NCBI RefSeq assembly: GCF_016717175.1 | Contig: NZ_JADKFZ010000004.1 | Length of the DNA: 64,000 bases | Direction: 5' to 3' (one strand) | DNA from: Nannocystis sp. | Lineage (GTDB): Bacteria > Myxococcota_A > Polyangia > Nannocystales > Nannocystaceae | Shown here: in pieces, positions 1 through 9,827 of the stretch | Layout of the letters: each line of letters begins with the position of its first letter | How positions within the stretch are numbered: the stretch's first letter is position 1 | Made by a program: the position numbers and the translations under genes | Notes under the pieces: model-generated | The model's database searches: none | What the model was told of the DNA's origin: nothing | Seen by the model: the letters and a program-made list of their open reading frames with translations, nothing else

Positions 1-1
1 C

Positions 2-661
2 GGTCAGGTGACGCAGGCGCGGGCGCACTTGCAGGCGGCGGCGGGCTTCCTCAACGCCAGGCCGGGGCCGGACGGGCTCGAGGCGCCGCTGGCGGTGGGG
101 CCGGGCGAGCTGGCGGCGGCGCGGCGGGTGCTGAGCCTGCTGCTCGGCGACCTCGGGGCCGAGGCGGCGCTGCTGACCCGGCCGCCGGACAGCCACGAGC
201 CGACGCGATCGCGGCAGTGGTTCGAGCGGCGGGTGAGCGAGGTGCAGCGGATGCAGGTGGTGTACGAGGGGGTCAACCCGGGGGCGGGGCGCGACGTGGC
301 GCTGGCGAGGACGGCGGCGGAGACCAGCGCGAGCGACCGCTTCGCGGCGGTGATCGAGGCCCGCAAGGCGCAGGTGTTCGAGGCGGACATCGGCCTGCTC
401 GAGGAGGTGTCGCGGGCGATCGCGGAGCAGAGCGCGGCGGGCTCGGACGGGGCCGCGCTGGCGGCGACGATGCAGCGCCTGGCCGACTTGCGGCGCGGCG
501 AGGTGTTCGACGCGTATCACCGCTGCATCGAGCTGGTGGCGCTGTGGGGCGACGACCCGGACGGGCGGGCCGAGAGCTGCCGCGCGGGGCTCGGGCGGCT
601 GGTGCAGCGGCACGAGGCGCGGCTCGAGTATGTGCCGGACCTGCGCGGGCGGGTGCGCTGA
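2..661 (+). CDS. hypothetical protein, 5' end truncated by window start
   Basis: Open frame from the window edge with high GC3 and non-artefact composition (…LEEVSRAIAEQS…DAYHRCIELVALWGDD…). No recognisable domain. Confidence 0.4.
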   Translation, partial: GQVTQARAHLQAAAGFLNARPGPDGLEAPLAVGPGELAAARRVLSLLLGDLGAEAALLTRPPDSHEPTRSRQWFERRVSEVQRMQVVYEGVNPGAGRDVALARTAAETSASDRFAAVIEARKAQVFEADIGLLEEVSRAIAEQSAAGSDGAALAATMQRLADLRRGEVFDAYHRCIELVALWGDDPDGRAESCRAGLGRLVQRHEARLEYVPDLRGRVR

Positions 662-710
662 GAGGTTGGGCAATACGGCGACGACGATCGGGTCAGGGCA
701 ATACGTCGAC

Positions 711-781
<71 letters not shown>

Positions 782-895
782 GCGCCGATATCGTAGCGGT
801 CGCCGACGGCCATGCTGACGATCGTGAGGTCGCCGGGCAGGGGGAGGACGAGCCGGCGCGACACGGGGGGCGAGGATATCGCGGATTGGGGGGCG

Positions 896-1513
896 TCAGT
901 CGGTCACCCGGCAGTAGCAGTACACGAACTCCTGGGCGCTGCCCCATGGCGTCACGTGGCGCTCCGTGGCGCTCCCAACCTTCACGAAGGCGGGGCCAAA
1001 CTCGGCGTGCAGCGTGTCGTCGCTGTAGCGAACAACGTCGAGGCCGCTGCACTTCTCCGGGCCCTCGGGCCCGAACGTGGCGACGATGACGTGGCCGCCG
1101 GGCAGGACCGATCGCCGGACCTGCGCGACATAGCGCGCGCGCTGCTCGGGGTCCGTGAGGAAGTGGAAGACGGCGCGGTCGTGCCAGACGGCGTAGGTCG
1201 CGTCGGGCAGGTCGGCGCGGGTCACGTCGGCGACGCGCCAGTCGACCCTCGCGGCCCGGTCCCCGAGGCGCTCGCGGGCGACGTCGATGGCGTGCTGCGA
1301 CAGGTCGAGCACGGTGACGCGGCGATGGCCGCGGTCGAGGAGATCGTCGACCAGAGTCGACGCGCCGCCGCCGACGTCGATGATGGCGTCGTCGGGGCCG
1401 ACCCCCGTGGCCTCGATCAGGGCGAGCGAGCGAGCGAGGTGCGGGGCGTACCAGCTCACCCCGTCCGGCGCTTTCGTGGCGTAGACCTTCTCCCAGTGAT
1501 CGCGGCTGCTCAT
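896..1513 (-). CDS. class I SAM-dependent methyltransferase
   Basis: Has a VIDVGGGAS-type glycine-rich SAM motif and the acidic residue typical of motif II (DVVVADYL-like). Start taken at the Met of MSSRDHWEKVY (ATG 1513). The longer ORF N-terminus is an Arg/Ala-rich artefact. Confidence 0.75.
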   Translation of the reverse strand: MSSRDHWEKVYATKAPDGVSWYAPHLARSLALIEATGVGPDDAIIDVGGGASTLVDDLLDRGHRRVTVLDLSQHAIDVARERLGDRAARVDWRVADVTRADLPDATYAVWHDRAVFHFLTDPEQRARYVAQVRRSVLPGGHVIVATFGPEGPEKCSGLDVVRYSDDTLHAEFGPAFVKVGSATERHVTPWGSAQEFVYCYCRVTD

Positions 1514-1532
1514 GCTTGCTCCGTGCGAGCGC

Positions 1533-2456
1533 TCAGGCGCGGCGGCGGCGGGTGCGGAGGCCGAGCAGGCCGAGCATCGCCGCGAGCGGGGCGAGGCGGT
1601 TCGTGTTGTTGGTGCTGGCGCAGCCGCAGCCCTTGCTGTCGTCGCTCGCGCCGTCCGAGCTGCTCCCATCGCTGCCAGCGGCCGTGCCCTCATTGCCCCC
1701 GCCGGACGTCGGCTGCTCACCCGTGACGGAGGCGGCGCCCGAGCTGCTCTCGGCCTGCGAGCTCGTGCTGCCATCGCTGCTCGTCGACGTCTCGACCGCA
1801 CCGCCCTCCACCGATACCGCCGCGCAGTGGTGATAGAAGCAGCCGCCGGGGTTGTTGAGGCCGTGGGCGGACATGAACTGGATGACCTGCAGGGTGCAGT
1901 TCGTGCAGCTGATGCCGTCGGGCACGGTGACGTCGATCGACTGCGGTCCGCCGAAGGGCGCGTCGTGCAGGAAGACGCCGTCGGCGAGCACCGGGAAGAC
2001 CGGGGGATCCTGGATCAGCGTGGTGCCGCAGGCTTGCGCGCCCGCGGTGACCGGCGGCTCGGCGGGGATGTCGGCGAGGTCGCTGACGAGGGCGATGCGG
2101 TAGTGGCCGGGGTGAAAGATCGTCTCGTTGATCGTGACCGTGATGGTGTCGCCAGCCTGGTAGGCGGTGACCATGCCGGTGGCGACCTCGTTGCCGTCGG
2201 CGCCGCAGGGCGGGGCCTTCTGCGGGTCACCGAGCGGGCCCTGATCGTAGACGGCGGGCGGCGACTGCAGGACGAAGTGGGCCTGCGCGAGGGCCGGGGC
2301 GAGGCCTGCAGTGAGGGCGGCGATGGCGAGGATGCGACGAGACGAGCTTGGGGGGAGCACGCGGGCGACGATACACGAAGGGCCGCAGGCGGCGACAGGA
2401 ACACGCCGGCGCAGCGGCACCGGACCGTGCGGGTGGCGAATGTGTTGTGCCGTCAC
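1533..2456 (-). CDS. secreted polysaccharide-monooxygenase-like protein with a MYXO-CTERM sorting tail
   Basis: Signal peptide …LAPALAQA is followed by His as the first mature residue (HFVLQSPP…). That is the hallmark of an LPMO His-brace. C-terminus is …KGCGCASTNNTNRLAPLAAMLGLLGLRTRRRRA, i.e. a GCGC motif, then a TM helix, then an Arg tail (MYXO-CTERM). Resembles the SCE4755-type myxobacterial family as I recall it. The true start may be an internal GTG. Confidence 0.55.
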   Translation of the reverse strand: MTAQHIRHPHGPVPLRRRVPVAACGPSCIVARVLPPSSSRRILAIAALTAGLAPALAQAHFVLQSPPAVYDQGPLGDPQKAPPCGADGNEVATGMVTAYQAGDTITVTINETIFHPGHYRIALVSDLADIPAEPPVTAGAQACGTTLIQDPPVFPVLADGVFLHDAPFGGPQSIDVTVPDGISCTNCTLQVIQFMSAHGLNNPGGCFYHHCAAVSVEGGAVETSTSSDGSTSSQAESSSGAASVTGEQPTSGGGNEGTAAGSDGSSSDGASDDSKGCGCASTNNTNRLAPLAAMLGLLGLRTRRRRA

Positions 2457-2496
2457 TCTGCGAGCTCGAGCAGGCGCTGGTTGCTGCGTTGCGCTC

Positions 2497-3621
2497 TCAG
2501 TCCGCGAGCTCGAGCAGCAGCTGACGGCAGCGGAGGCGGCGGAGCTCGTCGGCCTCGGGGCGCTCGACGTACGCCGTGAGCAGCGCGCGGGCCTCGGCGT
2601 GGCGGGCCTTGTCGCCGGGGCCGGCGAGGGCGCTGCCGAGGTTGAACTGCAGCTCGGGCGGGAGGCGCTCGGGCGGGTCGCCGCGGTGCCAGTCGCGGGC
2701 GGCGGCGGCGTGGCGGTAGGCCTGCTCGGCGCCGTGGGGGTCGTGCAGGCGGGTGCGGGCGACGCCGAGGCCGAGGCCGGCGAGGTAGCGGTCGACGGCG
2801 GCGGGGGCCTCGAGGGCGGGGGCGTAGAGCTCGGCGGCCTTGCGGTCGTTGCCGGCGGCCAGCTCGGCGGCGGCCCAGCTGAGGCGCGGGGCGGGCTCGT
2901 CGGGGTCGAGGGTGAGGGCGAGGGCGAAGCGGCGGCGGGCCTCGCCGGGCTCGTGGGCGGCGAGCGAGACGCGGGCGCAGCTGGCGACGAACAGGGCGGC
3001 GCCGCGGGGGTCGCCGCCGTCGGCCGCGGGGTTGTCGTCGACGATGCGTTCGCGGCAGATCTGGGCGGCGAGGGCGAGGCGTTCGGGCTCGCGGTCGGCG
3101 AGGGCGAGGTCGTGGCGCAGGGCGACGGCGAGGGCGTAGGGGTCGTCGGGGGCGAGGGCGAGGGCGGCCTGGAATTCGCTGCGCGCGGCGTCGCGGTCGG
3201 CGGGCTCGGCCCGGGCCTCGAAGGCGGCGACGTGGAGGAGGGCGAGGCCGACGCGGGCGGCGGGGCCCTGCAGCAGCTCGCGGGCCTCGGGGACCAGACC
3301 CTCGGCGAGGGCCAGGGCGGCGAGCTCGTGGGCCCAGCGCGGGCGCGGGTCGCGTTGCAGCAGCTCGGCGTAGATCGCCAGGACGGCCCGCGCGCCGCCG
3401 CAGCGGCGCAGGACGGCGGCGCGGGCGAGGGCCTCGTCGGTGGTGGGCGGGATCGAGGTGTCGGCGCAGGGGTCGGGGGCGGGCGCGGGGACGACGGTGT
3501 CGGGGTGCGCGGGGCGGACCGCGGCGCCGGGGGCCTCGCGCTTGCAGGCGAGCAGGAGGCAGAGCGCGACTGTCCCGAGGGACAGGTTGCGAGCGGCTGG
3601 CTGGGCTGTCCGGAGGGACAT
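2497..3621 (-). CDS. TPR-repeat lipoprotein
   Basis: The 743-aa track ORF is an artefact upstream. The credible protein starts at one of three in-frame ATGs (3621, 3657, 3693), each giving MSLRxxQ…. The lipobox is VALCLLLAC. It is followed by Ala/Leu-rich TPR-like helical repeats to the stop at 2497. Confidence 0.55.
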   Translation of the reverse strand: MSLRTAQPAARNLSLGTVALCLLLACKREAPGAAVRPAHPDTVVPAPAPDPCADTSIPPTTDEALARAAVLRRCGGARAVLAIYAELLQRDPRPRWAHELAALALAEGLVPEARELLQGPAARVGLALLHVAAFEARAEPADRDAARSEFQAALALAPDDPYALAVALRHDLALADREPERLALAAQICRERIVDDNPAADGGDPRGAALFVASCARVSLAAHEPGEARRRFALALTLDPDEPAPRLSWAAAELAAGNDRKAAELYAPALEAPAAVDRYLAGLGLGVARTRLHDPHGAEQAYRHAAAARDWHRGDPPERLPPELQFNLGSALAGPGDKARHAEARALLTAYVERPEADELRRLRCRQLLLELAD

Positions 3622-3700
3622 GGTGGAAGAGACAGCTGCGGCTGGCCGGAGGGACATGGCGGAAAGGGCAGCTTGGGCTGGCCGGAGGGACATGGCGGGA
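3586..3700. repeat. 3 x 36-bp tandem repeat, each unit containing GGAGGGACATGG
   Basis: Units ggctggccggagggacatggcgg… are repeated three times immediately upstream of and overlapping the TPR gene start. They encode MSLRP-MSLRP-MSLRT when read on the minus strand. Confidence 0.8.
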
Positions 3701-3713
3701 GGGCCAGGTTGGT

Positions 3714-5282
3714 TCAGCGCTGGAGCGCGGCGAGCACGGTCGCGAGCATGGCGTGATCGTCGGTGGACTCGGCGACGTGGTCGACGCGGACGCCGAGGGC
3801 GGTGATCGCCGCGGCGGTGACGGGGCCGAGGGCGAGGACCTTCGCGCGGGTCAGCAGCTCGCGCGCGGCGGGCTCGCCGTGGGCCTCGGCGACGGTGGCG
3901 AGGAAGTGGCGGGCGGTCTTGCCGCTGGCGAAGCAGACGGCGTCGCAGCCCTCGCCGCCGTGCTCGGGCGGGAGCAGCGAGCGGGTCAGCATGGCCGGGA
4001 CGGGCGGGCGGACGACGCGGTAGCCGATGACGAGGTGGTAGCGGCCGCCGGCGGCGGTGATGGCCGCGGCGAGCAGGTCGCGGCCCTCGTCGGCGCGCAC
4101 GTGCAGCCAGCGGCGGGCGAGCATGTCGCGGGCGCGCAGCTCGTCGACCAGGCCCTCGGCGCGGGCCTGGTGGGGGACGATGTCGGGCTGGATGCCGCGC
4201 TCGATGCAGGCGGTGGCGGTGCCGGTGCCGATCGCGGCGACGCACTTGCCGTGGAGGATGCGGACGTCGACGCCGGTGCTGGCGAGGGCGTCGAACCAGG
4301 CGCGTACGCCGTTGGGGCTGGAGAGGATCACGCCGTCGACCTCGCCCAGGTCGCGGACGGCGCGGGTGAGGGCGTCGAGGTCGGCGGGCGGGGCGAGGTC
4401 GAGGCAGGGGAAGGCGACCGCGTCGGCGCCGTGGGCCGCGAGCATGTGCAGCAGCTCGCCGGCCTGCTGGGTGGCGCGGGTGACGACGACGCGGCGGCCG
4501 AACAGCGGGCGGCGCTCGAACCACTCGATCTGGGCCCGGAGGTCGACGACGCTGCCGACGATCATCACGGCGGGCGGGCGGATGCCCTCGGCGTCGACGC
4601 GGTCGGCGAGCTGAGCGAGCGGGGCGACGACGGTGCGCTGGATCCCCCGCGTGCCCCAGCGGATCAGCGCGGCGGGGGTGGCGGGGTCGCGGCCGGCGGC
4701 GATCAGGCGCTCGGCGTTGTCGCGGCAATTCTTGACCGACATCATCAGCACGAGGGTGCCGGTGCCGCGGGCGAGGTGCTCCCAGTCGACGCCGCGGCCG
4801 CCCTTCTCGTAGGCCTCGTAGCCGGAGGCGATGGTGACGCTCGGGCTGTGGTCGCGGTGGGTGACCGGGATGCCTGCGGCCTCGGCGGCGGCGATCGAGG
4901 CGCTGACGCCGGGGACGAACTCGTAGTCGATGCCGGCGGCGCGCAGGACCTGGGCCTCCTCGGCGCCGCGGCCGAAGACCATGGGGTCGCCGCCCTTGAG
5001 GCGGACGACGTGGAGGCCGGCGCCGGCCTTGGCGAGCAGGAGGCGGTGGATCTCGTCCTGGTCGACGACGGGCTGGCCGTGGGCCTCGCTGGCGAAGGGG
5101 CCGTGCGGGCTCTGGGTGCGCTGGTAGAGCTGCACGTCGCGGCGGCAGTGCACGAAGAGCGCGGGGTTGACGAGGTAGTCGGCGACCACCACGTCGGCGC
5201 GGGCGAGGCGGTCGCGCCCGGCGAGGGTCAACAGCTCGGGGTCCCAGGGACCCGCTCCGACGATCGACACGAGGCCGGGCAC
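3714..5282 (-). CDS. cobA-hemD: bifunctional uroporphyrinogen-III C-methyltransferase / uroporphyrinogen-III synthase (CobA-HemD fusion)
   Basis: N-terminal VSIVGAGPWDPELLTL…GGDPMVFGRG is the SUMT/CobA signature. The C-terminal half is HemD-like (…VVVTRATQQAGELL…). 522 aa. Confidence 0.85.
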   Translation of the reverse strand: MPGLVSIVGAGPWDPELLTLAGRDRLARADVVVADYLVNPALFVHCRRDVQLYQRTQSPHGPFASEAHGQPVVDQDEIHRLLLAKAGAGLHVVRLKGGDPMVFGRGAEEAQVLRAAGIDYEFVPGVSASIAAAEAAGIPVTHRDHSPSVTIASGYEAYEKGGRGVDWEHLARGTGTLVLMMSVKNCRDNAERLIAAGRDPATPAALIRWGTRGIQRTVVAPLAQLADRVDAEGIRPPAVMIVGSVVDLRAQIEWFERRPLFGRRVVVTRATQQAGELLHMLAAHGADAVAFPCLDLAPPADLDALTRAVRDLGEVDGVILSSPNGVRAWFDALASTGVDVRILHGKCVAAIGTGTATACIERGIQPDIVPHQARAEGLVDELRARDMLARRWLHVRADEGRDLLAAAITAAGGRYHLVIGYRVVRPPVPAMLTRSLLPPEHGGEGCDAVCFASGKTARHFLATVAEAHGEPAARELLTRAKVLALGPVTAAAITALGVRVDHVAESTDDHAMLATVLAALQR

Positions 5283-5356
5283 GTCGGCGAGTGTATTACA
5301 AAGCCGGGGCCGCGCGGCGGCCCGCTGGGGCTCCCGCGCGGGGCCTGGGCGGTGTT

Positions 5357-7152
5357 ATGGTCCGCGGCGTCATGCGCGGTGCGGGGTCGGTCGTGGTCGT
5401 GGTGGGGGCGGGGCACGCGGGGCTCGAGGCCGCGTTCGCGGCGGCCCGCGTCGGCGTGCAGGTGGTCGTGGTGACGGGGAGCCTCGAGACGATCGGGCAG
5501 ACGCCGTGTAACCCGAGCGTGGGCGGGGTGGCGAAGGGACACCTGGTCAAGGAGATCGAGGCGCTCGGGGGTTTCATGGGCCGGGCCGCCGACGCGTGTG
5601 CGATCCACGGGCGGATCTTGAACCGCAGCAAGGGGCCGGCGGTGCGGGCGACGCGGGTGCAGGTCGACAAGCGACGCTACGGGGAATTCGCGCGGGCGGC
5701 CCTGCTGGCGCAGCCGGCCCTGTTGGCGGGGCCGGGGATCACGGTGGTGGCGGGGCTGGTGGCGGGGGTGATCCTGGCCGAAGGGACAGGTCGTGTCGGC
5801 GGGGTGCGGCTGCAGGATGGCTCGCAGATCGCGGGCGACGCGGTGGTGCTGACGACCGGGACCTTCCTCGGCGGGGTGCTGCACACGGGGGCCGAGCGGA
5901 CGCCGGGCGGGCGGGTCGGCGAGGCGCCGGCGCTGGCGCTGGCCGAGCACCTGCGCGGGCTGGGCTTCGCGCTCAAGCGGCTGAAGACGGGGACGCCGGC
6001 GCGGCTCGACGGGCGCACGATCGATCGCGCGATCCGGCGATCGAGCTGCAGCCGCCCGAAGATCCGGCGCCGCGCTTCGTGGCGCCGGACGACGACCCGC
6101 CGCCGCTGCTGCGCCAGGTCGACTGTCACCTGACCCACACCTGCGCCGCGACCCACGATCTGGTGCGGGCCCACCTGCACGCGTCGGCGATGTACTCGGG
6201 GGCGATCACGGGCCGGGGGCCGCGCTACTGCCCGTCGATCGAGGACAAGGTGGTGCGCTTCGCGGAGCGCGAGCGGCATCAGGTGTTCCTCGAGCCGGAG
6301 GGGCTGGACACCGACAGCGTGTACCCGAACGGGGTGTCGACGAGCCTGCCGGCGGCGGTGCAGGAGGCGTTCCTGCGCACGATCGCGGGGCTGTCGCGGG
6401 TGGTGCTGCTGCGGCCGGGCTACGCGGTCGAGTACGACGCGGTCGACGCCCGGGCGCTGACCCACACGCTGGCGAGCAAGGACCTGCCGGGGCTGTACTT
6501 CGCGGGCCAGATCAACGGGACCTCGGGCTACGAGGAGGCGGCGGCGCAGGGGCTGATCGCGGGGGCCAACGCGGCGCTGTGGCTGCGCGAGCGGCCGGCG
6601 CTGCAGGTCGGGCGCGACCAGGGCTACATCGGCGTGCTGGTCGACGACCTGGTGACGCAGGGCTGCGACGAGCCGTACCGGATGTTCACGGCGCGGGCGG
6701 AGTACCGGCTGGTGCTGCGCGAGGACAACGCGGACGCGCGCCTGTGCGACCTGGCCTTCGGGGCAGGTCTGATCGGGGCGGCGCGGCACGAGCGGGCGCG
6801 GGCGCGGGCGGAGCAGGTGAACGCGATGGCGGCGGCGATCGAGCGGCGCCGCGACCCGGGGCCGGGGCCGGCGTGGCTGCGCGAGCGGGCCGAGGCCCAG
6901 GCCTGCTACGCGGGGTATCTCGTGCGGCAGCAGCGGGAGGTCGATCGCCTGCGCGGCGACGCGGCCGACCTGCCGCTCGACCCGAACACCGACTACGCGC
7001 GGCTGGCGGGGCTCACGAGCGAGGCGGCCGAGCGCCTGGCTCGCGTGCGGCCGACCAGCACCGGGCAGGTCGGCCGCATCCCGGGCATCACGCCGGCGGC
7101 GCTGATGTGCGTGTGGGCCCACGCGCGCGCGGCCCTGAGTAACCTGTCCTGA
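5357..7152 (+). CDS. mnmG: tRNA uridine-5-carboxymethylaminomethyl synthesis enzyme MnmG (GidA), interrupted by an apparent 1-nt frameshift near 6026-6042
   Basis: N-terminal VVVVGAGHAGLEAA…TGSLETIGQTPCNPSVGGVAKGHLVKEIEALGG (FAD-binding) in frame 1 up to …TGTPARLDGRTID. The frame 5596..7152 then carries …MYSGAITGRGPRYCPSIEDKVVRF… through the C-terminus. The junction lies in gatcgatcgcgcgatccggcgatc. Confidence 0.8.
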
Positions 7153-7182
7153 GGACCATGTCATCAACCGGAGCTGGAACCG

Positions 7183-8043
7183 ATGAGCCACCCCGCTGAC
7201 CTCGCCGCCGACACCGCCGTGGAGCCGCGCGGCGGGGGGCACTACGCGTGCACGCTGCCGCGGCACTGGGACTACCTGTTGCCGTCGGGCGGGGTCCTGG
7301 TGACGCTGGCGTTGCGGGCGATCGCGGCCGAGCTGGGGCTGCGGCCGGGGCTGTTGGGCGAGGACACCGGGGTGCGGCCGCTGTCGGCGACGGCGGTGTT
7401 CTGCTCGCCGGTGCCGGCGGGGCCGGTGGTGATCGCGGTGACGGTGCTGCGGCGCGGGGCGCTGGCCAGCCAGGTTCGGGCGCAGCTGTCGGCGTTCGGC
7501 GGCGAGCTCGGGCTCGAGCTGATCGCGACCTTCGGGCTCGAGCGGCCGGTGGTCGACGCGACGATGTGCGCGGCGCCGGTGGTGGCGGAGCCGCTGGAGC
7601 TGCCGGCGATCGACCCGGCCGACCAGACCTTCATCCCGGCCTTCATCCGCAACTTCGATCACCGGCGGGCGATCGGGTCGGCGTGGTGGCGGGCGGACGA
7701 GTGGGTGAAGGGCGACCGCAGCGGCTACTGGTACCGCTACCTGCGGCCGCAGCGGCTGCCCGACGGGCGCCTCGATCCGCTGGCCCTGCCGCCGCTGATC
7801 GACACCATGCCGCCGGCGATGTGCTCGCTGATCGGGCCGCCGGCGCGGGCCTTCACGGCGCCGAGCCTCGACCTGACGGTGCACTTCGTGCAGGACACGA
7901 CGAGCGAGTGGCTGTTGACCCACGCCCGCTGTCGTGCGGTGCGCGGCGGCTACGCGACGGCCGACATCGAGATCTGGGACGAGGCGCGGCGGTTGATCGC
8001 GTACGGGACGCAGGTGATGATCCTGCGCCGACGCGCTAGTTGA
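7183..8043 (+). CDS. thioesterase-family protein (double hot-dog, TesB-like)
   Basis: 286 aa with protein-like composition and high GC3. Loosely matches the PF13622-type thioesterase-like architecture. No sharp motif was verified. Confidence 0.45.
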   Translation: MSHPADLAADTAVEPRGGGHYACTLPRHWDYLLPSGGVLVTLALRAIAAELGLRPGLLGEDTGVRPLSATAVFCSPVPAGPVVIAVTVLRRGALASQVRAQLSAFGGELGLELIATFGLERPVVDATMCAAPVVAEPLELPAIDPADQTFIPAFIRNFDHRRAIGSAWWRADEWVKGDRSGYWYRYLRPQRLPDGRLDPLALPPLIDTMPPAMCSLIGPPARAFTAPSLDLTVHFVQDTTSEWLLTHARCRAVRGGYATADIEIWDEARRLIAYGTQVMILRRRAS

Positions 8044-8207
8044 GCCAGTCGCGGGCTGAGCTCCATGGCGCGTCGCGGGCGAGCTCGGCGACGCGGCGGG
8101 CGAGCTCGCGCCAGGCGCCGTTCACACCCCATGAGTTCGGCGGCCGCGTCGAGGAGCTCGCGGTTGCGGCGGTGGCTGGCGATCGCGGGCTGCTATGCTG
8201 CGACGCG

Positions 8208-9698
<1,491 letters not shown>

Positions 9699-9763
9699 TC
9701 GCGCGAGGGCCAAACGCGGGATGGCCAGCGCGAGGGCCAGACGCGGGATGGCCAGACGCGCGA

Positions 9764-9796
9764 GGGCCCGGTCCGACGCGCGTCGTGACCGGGCCC
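9764..9796. terminator. GC-rich near-perfect palindrome between convergent genes
   Basis: gggcccggtc…gaccgggccc, a 10-bp stem with a palindromic loop, between transglutaminase-like (+) and the lipoprotein (-). It is flanked by 26-bp direct repeats gcgagggccagacgcgggatggccag. Confidence 0.4.
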
Positions 9797-9827
9797 GGGG
9801 TTCCCATGAGGGGGTGGAGGGTGTGGT

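Noticed and set aside
3586-3700. Tandem repeats as a CRISPR array
   Set aside because: The units are directly adjacent without unique spacers, there are only 2-3 copies, and no cas genes are present. The other repeat loci (27573-27749, 57368-57520, 58957-59059) are rejected for the same reason.
5677-7923. 748-aa minus-strand ORF antisense to mnmG
   Set aside because: Arg/Pro/Gln-rich composition typical of off-frame translation of GC-rich DNA. It overlaps a recognisable conserved gene on the other strand.
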